A stretch of 64,000 nt of DNA from a virus. Lineage: Duplodnaviria; Heunggongvirae; Uroviricota; Caudoviricetes. This document shows positions 26,615 to 35,663 of the stretch, one piece after another. Numbering within the stretch: position 1 is the first letter of the stretch; every line of letters begins with the position of its first letter. Location: positions 1 through 64,000 of the IMG/VR virus record IMGVR_UViG_3300044807_000039; one strand, written 5' to 3'. The position numbers and the translations under genes were made by a program. The notes under the pieces were generated by a model. It did not search any database, had not been told where the DNA came from, and worked only from the letters and a program-made list of their open reading frames with translations.

Positions 26615-28622
26615 TGTTACCCTTAGCGGTAATCTGGTCGGACAAGAAATTAAGATGGGGATTGACACAAAGTCCCTCGCTTTCCTTCAAACAATTCTCA
26701 CAGACCTATATTCAGACCCTAAATTGGCCGTTATCCGTGAGTACAGCACCAATGCTTGGGATGCACAGGTTGAAGCTGGAGTCACCAGCCCGATTGAGGT
26801 TACTACTCCAAATAGCCTTTCACCTTATTTTACGGTGAAGGATAGTGGTATTGGTTTGTCGGTAGAGGACATCCGTACGATCTACTCGCAGTACGGTGCT
26901 AGCACCAAGCGCATGACCAATACACAGACTGGTATGCTTGGCCTGGGTTGCAAGTCTGCTCTAACCTATACCAACCAATTTACAATCACAGCGGTTAAGG
27001 ATGGCATTAAGACGGCCGTTATTGTCTCTCGTGATGAGGACAACGTTGGTGCCATGACCGTTGTCGCTTCTACTAAAGTCGATGAGCCGAATGGAGTAAA
27101 GATCAGTGTTCCGATTAATCGTGGCGATCAAAACGAATTTACTAATAAAGCGAAAGAATTCTTTAGTTTTTGGAAGCCGGGTACGGTCCTCCTTAACGGC
27201 AAAGAACCAGAGCTGGTTGAGGGCAATTACATTAGTGAAAAGATTCTAATTCGTAGCAACCTGGATTATAATTCCCGGGGAAAGCATAAACTAGTTATGG
27301 GTAACGTATCCTATAACCTTTCACATGACGAGCTTTATGGAGGCGATAGGTACTCCAATAGCCGTGTAGATATTAATATTACCTATGACAGCGCTATTGT
27401 TTTCTTTGTTGATATGGGAGAAGTAGATTTTACCCCCTCCCGTGAGGAATTGCATTACACTGCTAAAACAAAGTCTCTACTTAGGAAGCTGGTTGAGAAT
27501 TTCAATAATGACCTATCGATTGCAATAATCAAGGACATTCAAGGTCAGCCTACCCATGCCGACGCTGTTGCTAGATTTTTTAGTTGGGATTCACAGGTTA
27601 ATAGCATGCCCGACCCTATTACTTTCCAGGGTGACACCATGCCACTTAACCTCAACTTTGATGAGTTCTATCGAATTTCTAGCTGGTCCAATAACATGCA
27701 TGAGCGGAAAATTAAGCGTGTTAAACTAAAGAGTATTATTTTAGATGACACCGCTTTTATTGTTACTGGCAAACCAACAGATCAGGATATCACTACTGGT
27801 CAAAAAGCAAAACTTCGTGTTTGGGCAAATGATACGCAGGGCGTTTCTAACCCTGAGTTTTACTTTGCGGAGAAGGATGAATACACTCCGTGGACCAATA
27901 GCATCAAGCATGTTAAATGGCAGGTAATTCTTGACACCAAGATCAAGCGTCAGAAAATTGAAAGCCAAAAGAATAAATATTACAGGCTTGGACAATATGG
28001 CCAGGAAGATATCGACGCCGCGAACATTAGTTCTAACAGCACTTTGCTTTGGGCTAACATTGGAGATATCCCCAAGGATCGTATGTATTCGGTTTGGCAA
28101 TGGGCGCACAGGCATGATTGCGAAATTATCATCGTAGCTAAGAATAAGCAAAAGAGTTTTTTTGCTAACTTCCCTGCGGCGAGGGTTTATACTGATTGGG
28201 CACGAGATAAGATCAAAAAGTATAACGATGGTCTCACTGCTGATCAAAAGGAAATCATTGGATTCATGGAGCATCAATCATTTAATTCTATGACCTTCTT
28301 TGATAATCCTCGGGTTGAAGATCCAGAGCTTCGTAGAATTGCCGGGATTGCCAAGCTAATTAGGATAGACGCTTCTATTAATACCAGTGACGTAGCGAAG
28401 CTTAAGCGTGAATTTCACGAATACCGAGCAATGGAAAGATCATTGACCTCGGATCATACCCAATGGGTAATTATGGATCCAACGAATCCGGCTGAAATCG
28501 TTGATAAGTACAAGCTTTTAGGGTATATTGGACGTAACTACCATCACGAACTGCTAGAAGACCTAATCATCTACATCAATGCAGCATACCAAAAGGAGAC
28601 CAATGCAGTATACACTGTTTAA
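26595..28622 (+). CDS. GHKL/HATPase_c-domain protein, rIIA-like
   Basis: Bergerat motifs 'EYSTNAWDA', 'DSGIGLS', 'GMLGLGCKSA'; 675 aa. Confidence 0.5.
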   Translation: MLPTKADVTLSGNLVGQEIKMGIDTKSLAFLQTILTDLYSDPKLAVIREYSTNAWDAQVEAGVTSPIEVTTPNSLSPYFTVKDSGIGLSVEDIRTIYSQYGASTKRMTNTQTGMLGLGCKSALTYTNQFTITAVKDGIKTAVIVSRDEDNVGAMTVVASTKVDEPNGVKISVPINRGDQNEFTNKAKEFFSFWKPGTVLLNGKEPELVEGNYISEKILIRSNLDYNSRGKHKLVMGNVSYNLSHDELYGGDRYSNSRVDINITYDSAIVFFVDMGEVDFTPSREELHYTAKTKSLLRKLVENFNNDLSIAIIKDIQGQPTHADAVARFFSWDSQVNSMPDPITFQGDTMPLNLNFDEFYRISSWSNNMHERKIKRVKLKSIILDDTAFIVTGKPTDQDITTGQKAKLRVWANDTQGVSNPEFYFAEKDEYTPWTNSIKHVKWQVILDTKIKRQKIESQKNKYYRLGQYGQEDIDAANISSNSTLLWANIGDIPKDRMYSVWQWAHRHDCEIIIVAKNKQKSFFANFPAARVYTDWARDKIKKYNDGLTADQKEIIGFMEHQSFNSMTFFDNPRVEDPELRRIAGIAKLIRIDASINTSDVAKLKREFHEYRAMERSLTSDHTQWVIMDPTNPAEIVDKYKLLGYIGRNYHHELLEDLIIYINAAYQKETNAVYTV

Positions 28623-29466
28623 CAATGGTACCGATGCAAACATCACCGTTTTTATTAACGGCGAAATGCTTTCGGCGACCAATCAGCATCCTTCGTGGAC
28701 AAAAATTGTCGCGGGGGCAGTTTCAGGAGATGAATCAATTGCCAAGCTCTTCGATCCGGGAGCAACTGCGGCGGAACATTTCGAAAAGCTTTCGGACCGT
28801 GTAAGTATCGCTGGAGGCCAAATTTATTTCGATGGCGATGCAGTAGATGGCGCTCTGGCAGATCAGATCCTTCGCTTCATTGAAGACGATGTAGAGGACT
28901 GGCAGCCGCTCGTTAATTTCTACGAGAAGGTTATGACCAATTTTGAGGCGCACACTCGTGAGCAGCTTTTCCGCTGGTTGCAGAAGCAGCAAATCACTAT
29001 CACCGAAGATGGTGATTTCCTTGCATATAAGGGTGTTCAGACCATCACCGAAAATGGCGAGACCAAGTACGTTTCGGTTAATCACGGTAAGGCAATTGTA
29101 GACGGAGTGGTACACAACGGTGCAATTCCAAACTACCTTGGCGCTGTTGTCTCTATGCCTCGCAGCGAGGTTCAGCACGATCCAGGCGTTGGTTGCGCAA
29201 GCGGTCTTCATGCTGGTACCTGGAAATATGCTTCTGGCTGGGCGCGGGGTGCTACACTTCGTGTGAAGATCAATCCAAGGAACGTTGTTTCGGTTCCTAC
29301 CGATTGTGATTTTGCGAAGCTTCGTGTTTCCGAATACGAGGTTGTAGACGTCACCGAGCAGGAAAACCTTGAAGCTGTGTACCAAACTCATGGTGACCGT
29401 GCCTATGACTCCTACCATGAGGATGAGGACACCTGGGGCGATAATGAATGGGACGACGAAGACTGA
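28606..29466 (+). CDS. hypothetical protein with acidic C-terminus (rIIB-like?)
   Basis: follows rIIA-like gene; C-term DEDTWGDNEWDDED. Confidence 0.3.
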   Translation, partial: QYTLFNNGTDANITVFINGEMLSATNQHPSWTKIVAGAVSGDESIAKLFDPGATAAEHFEKLSDRVSIAGGQIYFDGDAVDGALADQILRFIEDDVEDWQPLVNFYEKVMTNFEAHTREQLFRWLQKQQITITEDGDFLAYKGVQTITENGETKYVSVNHGKAIVDGVVHNGAIPNYLGAVVSMPRSEVQHDPGVGCASGLHAGTWKYASGWARGATLRVKINPRNVVSVPTDCDFAKLRVSEYEVVDVTEQENLEAVYQTHGDRAYDSYHEDEDTWGDNEWDDED

Positions 29467-29485
29467 TCTAAGAAGCTAGACGTGA

Positions 29486-29514
29486 AGGGGCTCTGCTTAA
29501 TAGCGGCCCCTTTG
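29486..29514 (+). terminator. rho-independent terminator
   Basis: GGGGC..GCCCC + TTTG. Confidence 0.55.
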
Positions 29515-29527
29515 CTATAATATTTAT

Positions 29528-30040
29528 ATGGAAAATAAAAGAGTTCCCAAGCCGGGGGATATGGGATTTAGCACTATTGATGGAATGCTAGGTTTCTGGA
29601 TAGGACTAGGACAATTTCTTAATGGTGACGCTAGTAAATGGACGCATGTATTTATTGTCCTGGAGGATAATAAGGTCATGGAGGCAATGCCGAAAGGCGC
29701 ACAGATTGTCTCTATTGATGATTATAATAGTAAGGCAATATTTATTGACTGGGGTCTTACCGATAAAGAGCGCAAGGACGTTGTCGATGCCGCCATTCGA
29801 TTAGAGGGCACACCGTATAATTTCTTAGATTATCTGGCACTTGCTTTGGCAAGGTTTAAAATTAGACCCAAGTGGCTGGTAAAGTATATTAAAAATAGCG
29901 ACAAGTTGATCTGCTCCGCACTAGCGGATATGGTATACAATCGTGCTGGTGTACAGCTGTTCACCGATGGTAGGCTGTGGCACGACGTTACGCCTGGTGA
30001 TCTACTGAACAGGTACCTAGAGCGAGATTGGTTCGAGTAA
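29528..30040 (+). CDS. hypothetical protein (possible Cys/His peptidase fold)
   Basis: 'LICSALADMVY'..'LWHDV'. Confidence 0.3.
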   Translation: MENKRVPKPGDMGFSTIDGMLGFWIGLGQFLNGDASKWTHVFIVLEDNKVMEAMPKGAQIVSIDDYNSKAIFIDWGLTDKERKDVVDAAIRLEGTPYNFLDYLALALARFKIRPKWLVKYIKNSDKLICSALADMVYNRAGVQLFTDGRLWHDVTPGDLLNRYLERDWFE

Positions 30041-30108
30041 GGTCTTGACAAACGGCTGGTGGTCGCACTAGGCTTGCTAGCATCAGCCAACAAGCCCTGG
30101 AGGACATC

Positions 30109-30480
30109 ATGCCAGCTATCATCAGGAACGTTACGGAAGCCGAGCGCGACGCTCTGTTCGCTCGGTACGCCCAGGTCAAGCCTGCATTTGATGCCCTCAA
30201 GGACGAGATGGACCAGCTTAAGCAGCAATTGAAGCCGTACTTTGCGGAGCGCGGGGAAAAGATCACCTCGACAGATGGCATTACCTTGCGAATGGATGGT
30301 CGAACCATGCTGAACCAGGAAAAGTTCTTGGTGCGGGTAGGGGCTAGAATCTTTGCAACGGTATCCAAGCGCGTCGCGGTTGCCGCTTTGATTAAGGCAG
30401 CAGTCATCAAGGGTAAGATCAAGCAGGTAGATGTTGACGCTTGCATGGAGCCTACCGAGAACTGGTTTAAGATTCTTTAA
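30109..30480 (+). CDS. hypothetical protein
   Basis: 123 aa. Confidence 0.45.
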   Translation: MPAIIRNVTEAERDALFARYAQVKPAFDALKDEMDQLKQQLKPYFAERGEKITSTDGITLRMDGRTMLNQEKFLVRVGARIFATVSKRVAVAALIKAAVIKGKIKQVDVDACMEPTENWFKIL

Positions 30481-30488
30481 GGAGAGGC

Positions 30489-30746
30489 ATGAGTGAACAT
30501 TCCGAGCAATTTATTGACATAATGATAAGAGCCCTTGGTGATTCAGGTAAAGAGGCTGCAAAGTGCCATATTATTGCGCAGATCAAGGCTTACCAGGATA
30601 TCTTTCCAGATGACCGAGGGCTTACAATTCGCTCAATTCACGGTCGGACCTCAATTTCCTTGGCCACCGTGGGCGTACTTGTTACCGAGCTAGCTAACGA
30701 CAATATGCTAGTCGAATTTCCGGTTGGTCATTACAAGGCTACGTGA
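30489..30746 (+). CDS. hypothetical protein
   Basis: 85 aa. Confidence 0.45.
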   Translation: MSEHSEQFIDIMIRALGDSGKEAAKCHIIAQIKAYQDIFPDDRGLTIRSIHGRTSISLATVGVLVTELANDNMLVEFPVGHYKAT

Positions 30747-30866
30747 GTATGCTAAAATAGAGTAAGTTGTCGAAAGGAGGCTTGCTCTACATGGATCTAT
30801 TCCTTTATATTCTTGCGGCAATTGCTTTGGTCGCACTGATTCTTTATTTTCTAAGAAGGGCTTAAA

Positions 30867-31241
30867 GTGGAAATGTTTGTGCTAAGTGATGGCTTTAGTA
30901 TTAAGGTGCACGACGAAGGTCGTTGTATTGGCGAAGTCTGTCCTATTCACCGACCTACCGACCATCACATGCGCGAATGGCCAATGGTTTACCGTGGAGA
31001 TCGGGGCATATTCGAAAGATTGTGCCCCGATCATGGTACCGGTCATCCAGATCCAGACGACCAAGTTGCTCTGAAATTTATTCTAGGTGAGTCTGATGGA
31101 ATTCATGGATGCGATGGTTGCTGCAATCCTGAGGGGAAAGAAGCTTTCTTTGCTTCCCTCGAAGCTAATGAAGAGCTTGCGCCCAAGGTCAAACCTACCT
31201 ATACTTACGTAGACTTTGACACAGAGCTACCGACCCTGTAG
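30867..31241 (+). CDS. Cys/His-rich hypothetical protein
   Basis: 124 aa. Confidence 0.45.
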   Translation: MEMFVLSDGFSIKVHDEGRCIGEVCPIHRPTDHHMREWPMVYRGDRGIFERLCPDHGTGHPDPDDQVALKFILGESDGIHGCDGCCNPEGKEAFFASLEANEELAPKVKPTYTYVDFDTELPTL

Positions 31242-31259
31242 AATTGTTTTCAATGGGAG

Positions 31260-31478
31260 GTGAATCCATTGACTACAGCACAAGGTGCCCCAAACAAGCA
31301 GCACGCAGTTCTCAAGTCTGGTATTAAAGTTAAGCCAGGCAAAAAGCAGACATCTGTACCGAAGAAGGCTCCAAACGAGAAGCCTCCTACAACCGGAAAG
31401 CCAAGCACTAATAAGCCTTCCGATCCAGGAAAAACTCCAAGTAAGCCAGCGGTAAAACCAGTAAAGAAAAAGAAATAA
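31260..31478 (+). CDS. Lys/Pro-rich basic small protein (start uncertain)
   Basis: 72 aa. Confidence 0.3.
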   Translation: MNPLTTAQGAPNKQHAVLKSGIKVKPGKKQTSVPKKAPNEKPPTTGKPSTNKPSDPGKTPSKPAVKPVKKKK

Positions 31479-31515
31479 ATTGTTGCTAGGAGTTCTCCGG
31501 AACTTCCTAGCCTTT

Positions 31516-31584
31516 GGGGCAAGCGTAGGATGTGTCATAGAGTCTCATAAGCTCTAATGTTAGGGTTCAAATCCCTTTGCCCCA
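31516..31584 (+). tRNA. tRNA with CAT anticodon (elongator Met or Ile2), reduced D-arm
   Basis: acceptor GGGGCAA/TTGCCCC, anticodon AGAGT-CTCATAA-GCTCT, T-arm AGGG-TTCAAAT-CCCT. Confidence 0.5.
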
Positions 31585-31595
31585 ACGTTAATTAA

Positions 31596-31679
31596 GCTCT
31601 AGTGGCCGGAATGGCAGACGCGCTGCACTCAAAATGCAGTATCCGAAAGGGTGTGTGGGTTCGACTCCCACCTAGAGTA
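31596..31679 (+). tRNA. tRNA-Leu (CAA), class II
   Basis: acceptor GCTCTAG/CTAGAGT, anticodon CTGCA-CTCAAAA-TGCAG, long variable arm, T-arm GTGGG-TTCGACT-CCCAC. Confidence 0.75.
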
Positions 31680-31686
31680 CGTGAAA

Positions 31687-32082
31687 ATGATGACCAAGGC
31701 TGCAACATGGCGCGCTGGTTGTGGTTGCTGGGATTGTTGCGGGGGTAGAACAAGAAAGCAACAGAGAAGGTTAGAAGAAAAGCAATGGCGAACCGAATAC
31801 AATAAGGAAGAAGCTTTGACAACAAATTACGTAGAAGAAGTTTATGCCAAGCTAACTAAGGAGCTTCCAGAGCTGGACTATGATCTTGGAATGCTGTATG
31901 CTTTGCTTGTGTTCGTTAAAGGTAAGGATGTCACGCTAGAGGATGTACATGACGCTTGGTCTATTTGGCGAAATGAGACCAATCAGACCCACAAGTCACT
32001 CATTCCTTTTGATGAGCTTACCGAGGAAGTGCAGCTGCTTGACGAAAAGTATGCGGCTGGAATTCGGGCAGCAGCGGAGTAA
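31687..32082 (+). CDS. hypothetical protein
   Basis: 131 aa. Confidence 0.45.
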   Translation: MMTKAATWRAGCGCWDCCGGRTRKQQRRLEEKQWRTEYNKEEALTTNYVEEVYAKLTKELPELDYDLGMLYALLVFVKGKDVTLEDVHDAWSIWRNETNQTHKSLIPFDELTEEVQLLDEKYAAGIRAAAE

Positions 32083-32084
32083 GG

Positions 32085-32228
32085 ATGGCTGGTTTAAAAT
32101 GTCGCTGTGGACACTACTGGACAAACCATAACGAAAAAGATCCAAAAAATAGAAAGATTAAAAACAAGGTTTGGTGTGTAGTCTGTCCACGAAGCTGTTC
32201 GGATAGAGATAGTATAAAGAAAAAATAG
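32085..32228 (+). CDS. mini zinc-ribbon protein (47 aa)
   Basis: MAGLKCRCGHYW...VWCVVCPRSC. Confidence 0.4.
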   Translation: MAGLKCRCGHYWTNHNEKDPKNRKIKNKVWCVVCPRSCSDRDSIKKK

Positions 32229-32359
32229 GTCTTTACGAAGGTGTGCAATGCGTGCTAAGCTACTAGGGCGAGCTACAAAGTGGGGTTATCGCACTCCATA
32301 CCGTAACAACAAGAAGCGCATGCGTAACATCGAAAAGAAACAGTGGCGAAAGGATTACA

Positions 32360-32524
32360 ATGTCTCTTGAGCGTTGCAGCTGTAAGCATATGTGGATGGC
32401 TCACCAACGAATCAATCCTCTACTCAAAAGGCTAAAGCCAACGCACGTTTGGTGTCCTCAATGTAGGAAACCGTGTGACGATAAGGATGTTCCTAAGAGT
32501 CTCCGAAAGTCCTTGATTTACTAG
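32360..32524 (+). CDS. mini zinc-ribbon protein (54 aa), paralog of 32085
   Basis: MSLERCSCKHMW...VWCPQCRKPC. Confidence 0.4.
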   Translation: MSLERCSCKHMWMAHQRINPLLKRLKPTHVWCPQCRKPCDDKDVPKSLRKSLIY

Positions 32525-32715
32525 AATTGCTTTAGGGTGGTTACAAGGTGACTTCCTCATAAAGGAACCTTCCGTCCCCGGCGTATGTGGCTTAAGTCCC
32601 CGGCGTGACAAAACAGTGCGGGCTAAATTAAATTTGCTGATCTTGCATACTTTGAAGCAATAAGTAGCGTTTGACCATCGGAGTGGGAGCTACGTTTTAG
32701 GTGTTCCGCAGCTTT

Positions 32716-32791
32716 GGGAGCGTGCGCTATCTGGCACGGCGGCCAAACTTAAAATTTGGTGTTTTTGCGGGTTCGATCCCCGTCGCTCCTA
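32716..32791 (+). tRNA. class-I tRNA with anticodon TAA (Leu UUA codon), 7-nt variable loop, discriminator A
   Basis: acceptor GGGAGCG/CGCTCCT, D CGCT/GGCG, anticodon CCAAA-CTTAAAA-TTTGG, T-arm GCGGG-TTCGATC-CCCGT. Confidence 0.6.
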
Positions 32792-32806
32792 CGTTATATT
32801 TAATAA

Positions 32807-32877
32807 GCCCTTTTGGCCGATCGGTTAGGCGCTACTCTGCAAAAGTAGAGAAGTCGGTTCGATTCCGACAAGGGGCT
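32807..32877 (+). tRNA. tRNA-Cys (GCA)
   Basis: acceptor GCCCTTT/AAGGGGC, anticodon CTACT-CTGCAAA-AGTAG, T-arm GTCGG-TTCGATT-CCGAC. Confidence 0.75.
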
Positions 32878-32909
32878 CTTTCATTCAACCAGTAAAGCGG
32901 GAGTAGCTT

Positions 32910-33122
32910 ATGACCAACAGTGAATGGGCGTACGGTTCGGGAAGAAGAGGCACTCCCAAACCTCCTATGGGATCGGGAAAAAAGATGGGCAAGTGTCCAG
33001 AATGCAAACAGGACGTAGAAATTTATATCGATAGTTCCATTGCTCAACATAAGGTTTTTAAGCTTGATAAAAAGGGCAAGAAAACCTCTGCTTGGAGCTA
33101 TTGTCCGCGAAAGAAGAAGTAG
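32910..33122 (+). CDS. zinc-ribbon small protein
   Basis: 'CPECKQ...YCPRKKK'. Confidence 0.45.
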   Translation: MTNSEWAYGSGRRGTPKPPMGSGKKMGKCPECKQDVEIYIDSSIAQHKVFKLDKKGKKTSAWSYCPRKKK

Positions 33123-33124
33123 CC

Positions 33125-33460
33125 ATGCAATATCAGCTGACCGTAGGCGATGCACCGACCAACACCGAGGGCGATAGATTATATACCTACAAGATCATTT
33201 TGGGTGAGGAACTAGCCAAGCTTAAGCCAGTAATTCAAAGGCGATGGATTAGGTCAAAAATTGAGGCAGAGTACGGTGCACCAATAAAGAATCCCAACCA
33301 GAAGCGCTACTTCTATGAAACATATTTTGCTAAAACAGAGTGCGTAGGAAAGACTCCGGATAATCTTCCCGTTTGGGAAATTGTTCTAGTTCGGCCATTC
33401 TTAGGGAATCAATCCGCCAACCCAGATCCATTCGTACTTCCCAAGATACCCTATTTTTAG
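33125..33460 (+). CDS. hypothetical protein
   Basis: 111 aa. Confidence 0.45.
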   Translation: MQYQLTVGDAPTNTEGDRLYTYKIILGEELAKLKPVIQRRWIRSKIEAEYGAPIKNPNQKRYFYETYFAKTECVGKTPDNLPVWEIVLVRPFLGNQSANPDPFVLPKIPYF

Positions 33461-33468
33461 GAGTAATA

Positions 33469-33996
33469 ATGCTTTTCCCCTACAGAAACCCCCGATATTT
33501 TTCTAGACGCACCCAACGACGCTTCTGGTCTTTCCGCACCATCTTCAAGTGGAATAGGGAACGTAGGATCTATGGTGTTAGCGAATTTGATTGTTTTAGC
33601 TTCGATTCCTATTTGACCTATGTTTTAGCTAATGGCCTTCACGAATTGAAGAAATCAAAACATGGCGTACCGATGGCCTTCGTTGAAGGGGCAGATCTTA
33701 CAGAAAAAGATGTCGCAGCTTGGAACAAGGTTCTTGGACAGGCTTGCGAGGACGCTGCTTGGCTGGTAAGCTACCAGGACAGGAGCAGCGAGATTTACGA
33801 CGAACACATGGGAGACGTTGAACATTCGTTTGAAAAGATCCCCGGTCGTACATCTTCTAGAATGATTAGTACGGCTACCGATGAACAAGCTCAGGCTTGG
33901 CTTGAGGCAGAACGCGAGCTTGAGCATGAGCAGGATAGGCGTAAGAATCGACTGCTGGAATTTGTTAAGGAGCACTACTTTTCATTATGGGATTAA
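33469..33996 (+). CDS. hypothetical protein
   Basis: 175 aa. Confidence 0.4.
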   Translation: MLFPYRNPRYFSRRTQRRFWSFRTIFKWNRERRIYGVSEFDCFSFDSYLTYVLANGLHELKKSKHGVPMAFVEGADLTEKDVAAWNKVLGQACEDAAWLVSYQDRSSEIYDEHMGDVEHSFEKIPGRTSSRMISTATDEQAQAWLEAERELEHEQDRRKNRLLEFVKEHYFSLWD

Positions 33997-34125
33997 AAGA
34001 ACGCCTTGCCAAACGTAGGTATGAAAAAGCTAGAGATGACGCCTTGGTTCGTGCTAGCAACGGCGAACATCTTCCACGCAAGGAACGAGAAGAGCTAGAC
34101 CTTCCCGATTGGACCGGCTAAGGGG

Positions 34126-34154
34126 TTGACAAGCCTCTAGCGATGTAGTAAAGT
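34126..34154 (+). promoter_or_regulatory. consensus promoter TTGACA-N17-TAAAGT
   Basis: TTGACA 34126-31, TAAAGT 34149-54. Confidence 0.55.
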
Positions 34155-34160
34155 AGTACT

Positions 34161-34300
34161 TGTAAGGCAAGAACGCGGTACGTGCCAGAATGATCGGCGG
34201 GCAAGATAATAACCGGGTACTATGGCATGAAGGTCTGTATGCTAATGCGTGCGACCCATGTACGTATTCAAGTAGGTAAGAATCCTACCCCGCGTTCGCC
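34161..34300 (+). ncRNA. candidate structured ncRNA: long terminal stem with bulge closing a domain containing T-arm-like hairpin GTAGG-TAAGAAT-CCTAC
   Basis: TGTAAGGCAAGAACGCGG pairs CCGCGTTCGCCTTACA; transcript start set by promoter; no ORF. Confidence 0.35.
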
Positions 34301-34539
34301 TTACATTTAAATATGGGGGATAAGTGTTAAAGGTTGCACGCTGCTTTTGCAAGGCAGAAGATACGGATCGTTACCGTAATTCTCCACGCGGCGAGTAGTA
34401 ACTGGACCTTAGGAATAGATACTACTTGCTAGCTATAAAATTACAGACCCGTTGTGCCTCTGCAAGTACGTTTGCGCGCGTTGGAAGATCCGGCCGGTAA
34501 TTCCAAACCTTTGGGCGGTAGGTGGTCAACCGCTTTTAA

Positions 34540-34613
34540 CTGCCCGTAGGAAAATTTGGTAATCCGCTTCCCTTGGGAGGAAGAGACTGTCAGTTCAAAT
34601 CTGACCGGGCAGA
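34540..34613 (+). tRNA. tRNA-Pro (TGG)
   Basis: acceptor CTGCCCG/CGGGCAG, anticodon CTTCC-CTTGGGA-GGAAG, T-arm GTCAG-TTCAAAT-CTGAC. Confidence 0.8.
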
Positions 34614-34634
34614 CGTAAAAGTGAAGGATATGCA

Positions 34635-35069
34635 TTGGGATATACAGGACAACAAAAAAGAGATTATCAAAACGCATGGATGCAAGAACGTAGATCGGCT
34701 TGGATAATAAGTCAGGGCGGTAAATGTATTGATTGTAGTTCGACAGAAAATTTAGAGATTGACCATGTAGACCCCAAAACAAAAGAGTTTCAACCGACCT
34801 CTCTTTGGTCTAGAAGAAAAGAAATTAGAGATCTAGAGCTAGCCAAATGTGTTGTTAGATGCCATGACTGTCATTTGTTAAAAACAATTAAAGGGCAAGA
34901 GACTTCAAAGTTCAAAGAAGATCATCACCTCTCCTATTTAACTCAGGATCTCGTAGATGAGATTCGTAATGAATACAGTACGACCAAAATATCAATAAGG
35001 GCATTAGCTTTGAAATTTAATTCAAAGCGCTCTACAATTCATGATATAATAAAATTTAAAAGTTGGTAG
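34635..35069 (+). CDS. HNH endonuclease
   Basis: 'CIDCSS..EIDHVDP...CHDCH' HNH motif; inside tRNA array. Confidence 0.75.
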   Translation: MGYTGQQKRDYQNAWMQERRSAWIISQGGKCIDCSSTENLEIDHVDPKTKEFQPTSLWSRRKEIRDLELAKCVVRCHDCHLLKTIKGQETSKFKEDHHLSYLTQDLVDEIRNEYSTTKISIRALALKFNSKRSTIHDIIKFKSW

Positions 35070-35117
35070 ACGTATTCGGAATTAAGTCCTAGCGCTGGGC
35101 ATCCGATATGCATCTAT

Positions 35118-35189
35118 GGGGTATAAATGTTGTTGGTGGCATGGCAGACTTCCACTCTGCACGGACGAGTTCGAGCCTCGTATACCTCA
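35118..35189 (+). tRNA. tRNA-Gly (TCC)
   Basis: acceptor GGGGTAT/ATACCTC, anticodon GCAGA-CTTCCAC-TCTGC, T-arm ACGAG-TTCGAGC-CTCGT. Confidence 0.75.
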
Positions 35190-35338
35190 CGCCTAGGGAT
35201 TAAGGCTGTCTTAGGACCTTAATTTAAATAATCTACAGATGCCCGAAAGCTAAAAATGTTCGCTAGAGTACACAAAGCTAGTAATCCTTGGCACGTAGTG
35301 CCTCTACCATGGTGTATCGGAGTGGTGAACCGATGTAA

Positions 35339-35409
35339 TTCGGTATAGTGTAACGGTAGCACGAGAGTTTCTGAAGCTCTTTGTTTTGGTTCGAATCCAG
35401 ATATCGAAG
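35339..35409 (+). tRNA. tRNA-Gln (CTG)
   Basis: acceptor TTCGGTA/TATCGAA, D GTGT/GCAC, anticodon AGAGT-TTCTGAA-GCTCT, T-arm TTTGG-TTCGAAT-CCAGA. Confidence 0.7.
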
Positions 35410-35434
35410 CAGGTTCGATTTGCAAGGAGAGAAT

Positions 35435-35557
35435 ATGACTTGCCCACATAAGGAAACCGAAGTGATCCGAAGTAAAGGCAAGTTGTATATAGTTTGCAAA
35501 GCATGTAAGCAGACGCTAGGAAGATTCCCAGAGCCTAGAAAACCTCCAGGCAATTAA
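35435..35557 (+). CDS. mini zinc-ribbon protein (40 aa), 'MTC' family
   Basis: MTCPHKETEV...IVCKACKQ. Confidence 0.4.
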   Translation: MTCPHKETEVIRSKGKLYIVCKACKQTLGRFPEPRKPPGN

Positions 35558-35630
35558 TATCCCGTGGGTTGTTGGCATCCCATTCTGACTTTGATTCAGA
35601 GCCACGCTGGTCCGATTCCAGCCGGGATAG
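35558..35630 (+). tRNA. tRNA-Gln (TTG)
   Basis: acceptor TATCCCG/CGGGATA, anticodon TCTGA-CTTTGAT-TCAGA, T-arm GCTGG-TCCGATT-CCAGC. Confidence 0.7.
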
Positions 35631-35663
35631 CAATCAGCTTAATTATGCTATAATACAACTACT

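Noticed and set aside
32560-32610. Direct 10-nt repeat TCCCCGGCGT x2 (32571 and 32595)
   Set aside because: Short, two copies only, inside an intergenic leader. Noted but no function inferred.
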